Shown here: positions 55,690 through 64,000 of the stretch, piece by piece
Position numbering within the stretch: position 1 is the stretch's first letter
Layout: the number at the start of each line of letters is the position of its first letter
Assembly: GCF_964213995.1 (NCBI RefSeq)
Contig: NC_135815.1
Coordinates: forward strand, 50,158,001 to 50,222,000
Reading direction: 5' to 3'
DNA: 64,000 nt
Origin: Mustelus asterias
Lineage: Eukaryota
Notes under the pieces: model-generated
Database searches by the model: none
The model's input: the letters and a program-made list of their open reading frames with translations, nothing else
What the model was told of the DNA's origin: nothing
Translations under genes and position numbers: made by a program

Positions 55690-57545
55690 ATTATCACCCA
55701 CCAACATTCTTCAACTGATGAATCATTATGTCTCCATGTTGAACATGGAGAGGTGTTGAGGGTACTCTGAATGGCGACTCCACTGTCAAATACCAAGAGT
55801 GACTTGGTAACATCACTAAGTAGGCAGAGTCCTGAGGGACATCATTGACTAACTGGGTCTGTGGCAGGTGGTGATAGAACCAAAACGAGGGAAAAAACAA
55901 TCATCTTCACTAATTTACCTGTTGCAAATTCATCAGTCCATGATAGTATTGGTAGGAGTGAGCATTATATAGTCCTTGTGCAGACAAAATCCTTTCGCAC
56001 TGGGTGTCCTACCCTCCACTGTGATATTTGCCTCTATCATTATGCTAAATGGGCTAGATTCATAACAGATTAAGCAGCTCAAACCTGGGTATTTGTGAGG
56101 TAGTGCAAGCTATCAGCAATGACAAAATTGTATCCACAGTCTGTAAGCTCATGGCCTGGCGTATCCCCTTGCAATACCATTACCACCAAGCCAAGTGATC
56201 AGCCATTATTTATTGAGGAGTGTAAGAATACATATCAGAAGTAGCATCAGGTATACCTAAAAATGATGCAATAAGCTGGTGATTTTTTAACACAGGACAA
56301 ATATGCTAAACAACAGAAGCAGCATGTATATACAGAACTAAGTGATTGTGAGACGAACGACTCTGCAGTCCTATCACATACCATTGTTAATGGTGGTAGA
56401 CAATTGAGCAACTAATCAGAGAAGAAGGCTCCACTAACATCCCAATCCTGAATTCTGCTCCATGTACCAATGTAAAAGGCCAGGGTAAAGTGTTTCCAGC
56501 TATCCTAGCCAGAAGTGGCAAATGGATGATCCACCATATTTACCTCTTGAGAGGACCTCAGCATCATGGGTGTATGTCGTATCAATAAATGGCTGAGTCC
56601 TGATAACATCATGGCTCCAGTGCTGAAAATTCCTGCTCCAAAATTAGCCACTACCCTAGTCAAGCTCTTCAGTAAGAAGTCTAACAACACCAGGTTAAAG
56701 TCCAACAACACCAGGTTAAAGTCCAAAAGTTTATTTGGTAGCAAAAGCCACTGTTTAGCACAGCTACAACACTGACATCTACTGACGATGTGGAAAATTG
56801 CCCAACCATCCTATCCACAAAATAAACAAAGCTCTCTTGTGGAGAGAGAAACACGAGTTTTGAGTCCAATGTCAATGCTCCAAGATTAGCAAAGTGATGG
56901 AACATGTCATTGATAGTGCTTTCAAGCAGCATCTACTCAGCAATAATACCCTCACCAGTACTCAATTGGGGTTCTCAGGGCCACTCAGCTCCTGACCTCC
57001 ATACAAACATTGACTAAAGAGTTGAATTCTAAAGGTGAAGTGAGAGTAACTGCCCTTGCCATCAAGGCAGCTTTTCCCTGAAGGTGATATCAAGGAATCT
57101 GAGTAAAATTGAAGTAAATGGGAATTAATGGAAAACTCTTCACTGGCTGGAGGCATACCTAGTATAAAGGAAGATGTTTGTGGCTGTTGCAGGCCAATCA
57201 TCTCAGCCTCAGGGCACGCTGCAGAGATTATTCAGGGCATTTTCCTAGGTACAACTATCTTCAGTTGTATCATCAATGACCTTCTTTGCATCCAAAGGTC
57301 GGAAGTGATGATTGGAAAGTGTCTGGTCCCTCTTCAGATAACAAAACTGTCTGTGTCCAAATGCAGCAAGACCTGGACAACCTTTAGGTTGGACTGATGA
57401 TTGACAAGTAACATTTGTGCCACACAAGTGCCAGGCAATAACCATCTCCAACAAGGAGTCCAACTAGTTCCCTTGACATTTGATGGCATTGCCTTCACTG
57501 AGGATGCCACCTAGGGTTACCATTGACCAGAAATGTAACTGGAAC
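55690..57545 (+). mobile_element. Degenerate CR1/L2-group LINE
   Basis: GIFLGTTIFSCIINDL and IGRSEHYIV motifs; same family as 19146-20700. Confidence 0.7.
56671..56751 (-). mobile_element. Single-arm Penelope-like terminal fragment with an internal ~21-bp tandem duplication
   Basis: agtaagaagtct(aacaacaccaggttaaagtcc)x2 aaaagtttatttggtagcaaaagcca. Confidence 0.8.
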
Positions 57546-58868
57546 AAAATGGTGTGTGGCTTGGGGGGGATACTTGCAAGTGGTCATATTCTCATGCATC
57601 TAATGCCCTTATCCTTCTAGGTGATAGAAGTTGTGGGTTTGGAAGGTGCTGTCAAAGAAATCTCGGTGAATTACTGCAGTGCCTCTTGTAGATGGTACGC
57701 ACTTCAGCTACTATGGATCGATGGTGAAGGGAGTGAATATTAAAGGTAGTGGGAAGGATGCCAATCAAATGGTCTGTTTGTCCTGGATGGTATCAAGCTT
57801 CTTGAGTGTTGTTGGAGCTGCACTTATCCAGACAAGTGGACAGTATTAAACTTCTGACTTGTGCCATGTGGATGGCAGACAGGCTTTGGGGAATTAGGAG
57901 GTGAGTTACTTCCTGCAGCCCTGCAACCATAATGGTATTTCATTCCTTCATTGTGGCCTCTTGAACAGTCCTGGCTTTATTGAACAATCCTGCCTTCAGC
58001 TGCCTAGGTCCTAAGGTCTGGAATTTTCACCCTAAACGTCTCCATCTCTCTCTCTTCCTTCACAATGCTTCTTGCTCACTTGTCTTAATATCTCATGAGG
58101 CTTGGACTCAAATTTTAACAATGCTCCTATGAAAGCTTTGAAACATTTTATTACATTAAAGGCACCATATAAATGCAAGTAACTGATGAAAGGGAAAATG
58201 GGGAGCAGAGTGGAGTTCATGAGTTAAAACGATAAAATAACTTCTTTAAAAAGTTCCACTAAGACACCAAAAATATACTCGCATTTGATTTGACTGCTTA
58301 AATTATTTTTGTCTGGTTACAAAAATAGTAAAAAGACAGAAGTAGAGGCTCTATATCTGAATGCATGTAGCATTTGTAACAAAACAGATGAATTGATAGA
58401 TGAATAGAAATAAATATGTATGATCTGATCATTACAGAGACATGGCTGCAGGATGACAAAGACTGGAACCTGAATATTCAAGGATACTTAGGAAGAACAG
58501 GAAGATAGGAAAAGGTCGAGGGGTAGCTCTGTTAATTATGAATTACATTGGTACAATAAAAAAAATAATCTTAGTTCTGGAGAACTAAGAAATGAGAAAT
58601 AAGAAAGATAAGTCACTTGTGGGAGTGGTTTATAGGCCCCATCACAGTAATCGCACTGTAGGATGATGTATACAGGAAGTGGGTTTATGAAGAAGGTATG
58701 GCAGTAATCATGGGTGATCTTAATCTGCATATAGATTGGATGAATCAGTTTGGCAAAGGTAGCTTGGATGATGAGTTCATAGAGTATTTCCAGGACAGTT
58801 TTTTTGAGCAACCTATTCTAGCACCCCAACCAGAGAGCAAGCTAATCTAGATCTGGTAACATGCAATG

Positions 58869-58968
58869 ACAGTAAGAAGTCTCACAACACCAGGTTAAAG
58901 ACTTTAACCTGGTGTTGTGAGACTTCTTACTGTGCTTACCCCAGTCCAACGCCGGCATCTCCACATCA
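58869..58968 (+). mobile_element. Minimal Penelope-like palindrome (32-bp perfect arms, 1-nt spacer, tail)
   Basis: 13-bp TSD taacatgcaatga (58857-58869, 58969-58981). Confidence 0.88.
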
Positions 58969-59081
58969 TAACATGCAATGAGACAGGATTAAATAATGAC
59001 CTTGTAGTGAAGGCAGCCCGGGTAGCAGTGATCATGATTGAATTTCACATTCAGTTTGAGGGAAACTAGTGTTTTAAACTT

Positions 59082-59602
59082 ATCTCAGCCTTTTGGCTAA
59101 GATGCAAATGAGATCAAGCCAGGAGGTGCAATGCCTACTCCAATCAGTTGGATCATGTAGATCAAGCCCAAGACAGGAGGTGAGAGCCCTGTCTTGTCAG
59201 CTTGGATCCGGAATGTCTCACTTGATGAGACTCTGAATTGGACTTGATTGAATTGGATAAATAATTTTTTTTTTAAACGGTAATTATCAGCCTTTTGGCT
59301 AAGATCAAGTGTAGTATCAACATCCTACACTTGTTTGAAGTCATGAGGTTGCACTGAGGCTTCATTTGAAGCAATTTTTTAAAGCGGCATCTCGGCCTTT
59401 TGGCTAAGATGCAAATGAGATCAGGCTTGGAGAAGATGCAATGCCTGCTCCAATCAGCTTGGATCATGTAGATCAAGCCCAAGACAGGAAGTGAGAGGCC
59501 TGTCTTGTCAGCTTGGATCGGGAATGTCTCACTTGCTGAGACTTTGAATTGGACTTTGATTGGATTGAATTGGATATATAAACAAAAAACAACGGTAATT
59601 AT
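59082..59602 (+). mobile_element. Composite retroposon(s) with U2 snRNA-derived heads, arranged A-B-A'
   Basis: Three U2 5' segments (ctcggccttttggctaagat; the middle one extends to caagtgtagtatc); duplicated ~190-bp body; A/T tails; 12-bp direct repeat aacggtaattat around B-A'. Confidence 0.8.
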
Positions 59603-60113
59603 TAGAGCATGAAGACAAAGCTGGCTAAAGTGAACTGGAAAATTAGGTTAATAGAGTTAAGCGACAGACATTTAAGGAGATTTTCCAAAATACTCGGGTA
59701 AAATATATTCCAATGAGAAAGAAAGACTCTTAAGGGAAGGACACACCAGCCATGGCTAAGGGAGGAAGTTAAAGATAGTATCAAATTGAAAGAAAAACCC
59801 ATAATACTGCAGAGATGAGTGACATATCAGAAATTTGGACAAAATATAAAGAACTCCAAAGAATGGCTAAAAGATTAATATCTTTAAATTTATAAATGGG
59901 ATTAAAGTATGAGAGAAATCTAGCTAGAGATATAAAAACAGATGAGTTTCTACATACGCACATATGATTTAGGAGCAGGAGTAGGCCACTCGGCCCTTTG
60001 AGCCTGCTCTGCCATTCAATAAGATCATGGCTGATGCGATTTTAACCTCAACTCCACAATCTTCACTACCACCAATAACCTTTTACCACCATGCTTATCA
60101 AAAATGTATCAAC

Positions 60114-60460
60114 AGACTGGAACCTGAATATTCAAGGGTACTTAGGAAGAACAGGAAGATAGGAAAAGATTGATTAATTATGAATTATGTTGGTACAATA
60201 GAGAATAATTTTAGTTCTGGAGAACTAAGAAATGAGAAATAAGAAAGATAAGAAATCACTTGTGGGAGTGGTTTATAGGCCCCATCACAGTAATTGCACT
60301 GTAGGATGAGGTATACAGGAAGTGTGTTTATGAGGAAGGTATGGCAGTAATCATGGATGATCTTAATCTGCACATAAATTGGATGAATCAGTTTGGCAAA
60401 GGTAGCCTGAATGTTGAGTTCATAGAGTATTTCCAGTTTTTTGGAGCAACATATTCTAAA
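60114..60460 (+). repeat. Local duplicate of about 58460-58820
   Basis: Near-identical text, also visible in the matching antisense ORFs 58536..58811 and 60185..60679. Confidence 0.8.
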
Positions 60461-60517
60461 AATATTTTTAAAATATTCAAGGACTCTGCTTCCACTGCCT
60501 TTTGAGAAAGAGAATGT

Positions 60518-61615
60518 CGGGGGCGATTCTCCCAGCTTGCTGCGTTGCTCAAGCAGTGCAGTGAGCCAGGAGACATCAGTGGAGGCCGTTTCACAGGCTT
60601 CCCGCTGGGCATCATGGCCCCCGCGACTCTCCATGACTAAGATTTTCAGCATAATCAGCTCCACGCCAGATATCGACATGGAGCTAATTACAATATGGAA
60701 ATCTCATTTTATTAGCGGGCCTCGGACTGAATCCTCCAGGCCTGCTAGCACCTCCCCCGCCGCCAGGAGTGGTTCCCTCCAGCAGGGGAGACGGTAGCAG
60801 GCCTGCGCCCTATTAACGGGGACAGGCAGCGGACCCTGCTGGAGGGAAGAACGGTCATTGAGGCCCGCCTGGGAGGTCGGGGTAAGAAGATGCCCCCTGG
60901 GCAGTGACAGTCTGATAGTGCCAGCCTGGCACCACCTAAGGGGCAAGATGGCACTGCTCAAGGAGCACCTTGGCACTGCCCACCAGGCATTGGGCAGAGC
61001 CAGGGGGGCGGGGCCAGAGGGACTGGGGCCTATTGAGGAGGGCGATCGGTAGGAGGGGGGGACCCACTGCCATTCTCCAAGAAGATTGGTGGGGGAGGAA
61101 GAGTAAAGGTGATCAAACTGGCCATCTGGGTGGGGTGGGGTAGTGGGGACGGGGGACTGGGGCTGCCGGGGGGGTGGCGTTGGGAGATCGGAATTGGCTG
61201 GGTGAGGGATTAGGGAGATTGGGGCTGGCCGGGGGAGGTCTGGGAGGGCAGTGATCGGGGGTTGGTGGGGGGGGGGGGGGGGAGGGGGGTTGGGGTGGGG
61301 TGGGGTTGGTAGGCCAGTGATGGGGGGTTACAGGACTGGCCAGCGATCAGGTTGGCTGGCAATGCTGGGCCAGTGCACATGCACTGATCTCCATGCTGGC
61401 ATATTGGCACATGCGCAGTGGCCCACTCAGCGTTATGCTGCTGGGCTTGGGTGGGAATTATCCGTGCCCACCACTTTTCAGAGCGAATCACGCTGAGGCA
61501 CTTTGCAGTGCACAGAATGCCAGAGATTCCGTCTGGCAATAACGCTAAAAAAACAAGCGGGATTTACTCCCATTTTCCCGCATGTTGGGGACTTAAATAT
61601 TTTTGAGAGAATTCC
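60518..61615. mobile_element. GC-rich non-autonomous element with short terminal inverted repeats (MITE-like)
   Basis: Starts gggggcgattctccc, ends gagagaattcc; G-rich interior; related small pieces at about 7610-8240 and 30441-30570. Confidence 0.45.
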
Positions 61616-62830
61616 ATTATTTGAAGAAGTAACAAGCAACGTGGATAAAGGGGAACCTGTGGATGTGCGGTATATAAGATTTCCGGAAGGCATATGACAA
61701 GGTGTTACATCAAAGGTTACTATGCAAAATAAGAGATTATTGTAACATATTAGCATGAATGGATGATTGGATTGCTAACAGGATCATTAACAGGAAATAG
61801 AGTAAACATAAATGGGTCAGTTTCAGATTGGCAAGATGTGACGAGTGAAGTGTCACAGAGATCATTGCTGGGGCCTCAACTATTTACAATTTTTATCAAT
61901 GATTTGTATAAAGGGACTGAATGTAAGGTTGGTAAATTTGCTGATGACACAAAGATTGGTGGCAAAGTAAGTTGTGAAGAGAATGTAAGGAATATGCAAA
62001 GGGTTATACATGGGTTAAGTGAATGGGCAAAAATTTGGCAAATAGACTATAATGTGGGAAATGTGAATTTGTCTACTTTGGTAGAAAGAATAGAAAAACA
62101 GCAAATTATTTGAATGGAGAGAGATGATGAAATTCTGAGGTACAGAGGGTTTTGGGTGTCCTGGTCCACTAATCACCAAAACTTAGTGTGCAGGTACAGC
62201 AAGTGATTAGGAAGGCTAATGGAATGTGGTTGTTTATTTCAAGGGGAATGAAATAAAAAAGTAGGGACACTTTGCCACAGTTGTACAGGGCTTTGTTGAG
62301 ACCACATCTGGGGTATGGTGCACAATTTTGGTCTCCCTATTTAAGAAAGGATATAAGTGTCTCAGAAACAATTCAGAAAAGGTTCACTTGACTGATATCT
62401 AGGATCGGGGAGTTTCTTATGAGGAAAGGTTGGATGGGATCCATTGGGGTTTTAAAAAATGAGAGGTGATCTTATTGAAACAGATAAGATCCTGAGGGAC
62501 CTGACAGGGTGGAGGCTGGGAGGATGCTTCTCTTGATGTAGAGACTAGAACTAGTGGACGCAGTTTAAAAATAAGGAGTCTCCTATGTAAGGTAGCGGTG
62601 AGAATAAATATTTTTCTCTGTGTTGAGAGTCTTTGGAATTGGAGATTGGTGGAGGCAGGGTCATTGAATATTTTTAAGGCAGATGTAGATAACTTTTGAC
62701 TTCCTTGTTCATCAAGAATCTATCAGACATAGACAGAATATGGAGTTGAGGCTTCAGTCACAGCAGCCATGATCTTATTGAAAGGCTGAGCATATTCGAT
62801 AGGTCGAATGCCTCGTGCTGCTCCTAATTT
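61615..62830 (+). mobile_element. CR1 LINE fragment (RT to 3'UTR)
   Basis: VDKGEPVDV, LGPQLFTIFINDL, KFADDTK. Confidence 0.88.
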
Positions 62831-63149
62831 GTGGGTTTGTAATTGTGTGTGTCCAGCTCTGAGGAACTTCCTGGCCTATGTCTTTGGCCTGGAACTTCCA
62901 AAATTGCAGAATTTTACACACAAAATGCGGTCAGCACAAATTAAAGTTCCACAATCTTTTGCACTAGTTTTAAAAACATTGTACTAAAAGCATGCCCTAG
63001 CCTCTGAGTTCTCTATAGAACTTAGAGTGAATGAATCAACAATCCACTATCCGTACTCATTGAGGAGGCTCTAGAAAGTAGTGGTAAATTTTGAAAGACT
63101 TTGAATTTTTTTTAACTGACTAAAGTATTCAATGCAGTACTGCAATCTA

Positions 63150-63885
63150 ACAGTTTCTGAGAACAGTATGTTCTAGCACAAACCAGGGAACAAGCTGTTC
63201 TAGATCTGGTAATGTACAATGAAACAGAATTAATCAATAACCTCACAGTAAAGATGACAGCAATCATAACATGATAGAATTCACTTTCAGTTTGAAGATG
63301 AGAAGTGTGCTCTGAGACCATTGTTTTAAACGTAAATAAATATAATTATAAGGGTATGAATGCAGAGTTGGCTAAAGTGAATGGGGAAACAAGGTTAAAA
63401 GGTAAGATAGTAGAGAAGCTGTGGCAGACTTTTAAGAAGTAAAGAAAGTCTTTTTGAGAAGGATGCGTCCTCTATGGCTAAATGTGAAAGTTAAGGATAG
63501 TATCAAATTAAAATAAACACTGTTCAACCCTGCAAAGAATGGAGGTAGTTCAGAAGATGTGACAGATTCTAAGAACCAACAAAGAATAGTAAATAATTAA
63601 TAGAGGGAGAAATTAGAATATGAGAGAAAGTTGCTAGAAATATATAAAGATAGTTAGAGTTTCTACAAGTATTTAAAAAGGGAAAGAGTAACCAAAGTAT
63701 GCACTGATCCTCTAGAGAATGAGTTGGCAAAATTAATAAAGGGAAATAAGGAAATAACAGAAGCGTTGAACAGGTATTTTGTGCCGGTCTTCAATGTAGA
63801 AGACTTAGAGAACAAAAATACTCAAAAACCAAGATGTCAAGAGGGGAAGAAATAAAACTATCAATATCACCATCATTAGGGAAAA
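63150..63885 (+). mobile_element. CR1 LINE fragment (EN-RT linker)
   Basis: Similar to 58800-59950 and 27660-28300. Confidence 0.7.
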
Positions 63886-63887
63886 GA

Positions 63888-64000
63888 ATCATAGAATCCC
63901 TACAGTGCAGAAGGAGGCCATTCAGCCCATCGAGCCTGCACTGACAACAATCCCACCGAGATCCTATCCCTGTAACCCCACGTATTTAGCCTGCTCATCC
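63888..64000 (-). mobile_element. HE1/V-type SINE 3' end, runs off the window
   Basis: atagaatccctacagtgcagaaggaggccattc tail. Confidence 0.8.

Larger units (their letters stand above)
58330..59950 (+). mobile_element. Old CR1 LINE (endonuclease region) hosting the Penelope and U2-headed insertions
   Basis: YLNA..I.NK, ITETWL, GVVYRP, IMGD.N, SDH remnants. Confidence 0.75.

Noticed and set aside
59287-59320. Functional U2 snRNA gene
   Set aside because: Only ~33 nt of U2; no Sm site, 3' stem-loops or upstream promoter; embedded in a CR1 with flanking direct repeats
60185-60797. Novel proteins from ORFs 60185..60679 and 60441..60797
   Set aside because: Span the junction of duplicated CR1 sequence and a GC-rich repeat; chance ORFs

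Overview
Vertebrate nuclear DNA, very probably from a shark or other elasmobranch (inferred from HE1/V-type tRNA SINEs, Deu-domain SINEs and dense CR1/L2 LINEs). Two divergent spliced genes are present. MTIF2 (minus strand) has 11 phase-consistent coding exons from ATG 31200 down to 213, with its 3' end beyond the window and a probable non-coding first exon/promoter near 33.9 kb. PRORSD1 (plus strand) is intact with 2 exons (47972-48055, 54496-54924; 170 aa). The rest is mostly transposon-derived: CR1/L2/RTE LINEs, SINEs, a hAT relic and a near-complete Ty3/Gypsy LTR element (35109-39714). The most unusual items are: (1) a composite, highly structured retroposon with U2 snRNA-derived heads and a 12-bp TSD (59082-59602); (2) five Penelope-like insertions, four of them fold-back palindromes and three carrying minimal hammerhead ribozyme motifs; (3) a Gypsy element with no tRNA primer site but an LTR-complementary fold-back suggesting self-priming. 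All calls come from reading the sequence by eye; no database searches were run, and repeat boundaries without TSDs are approximate.
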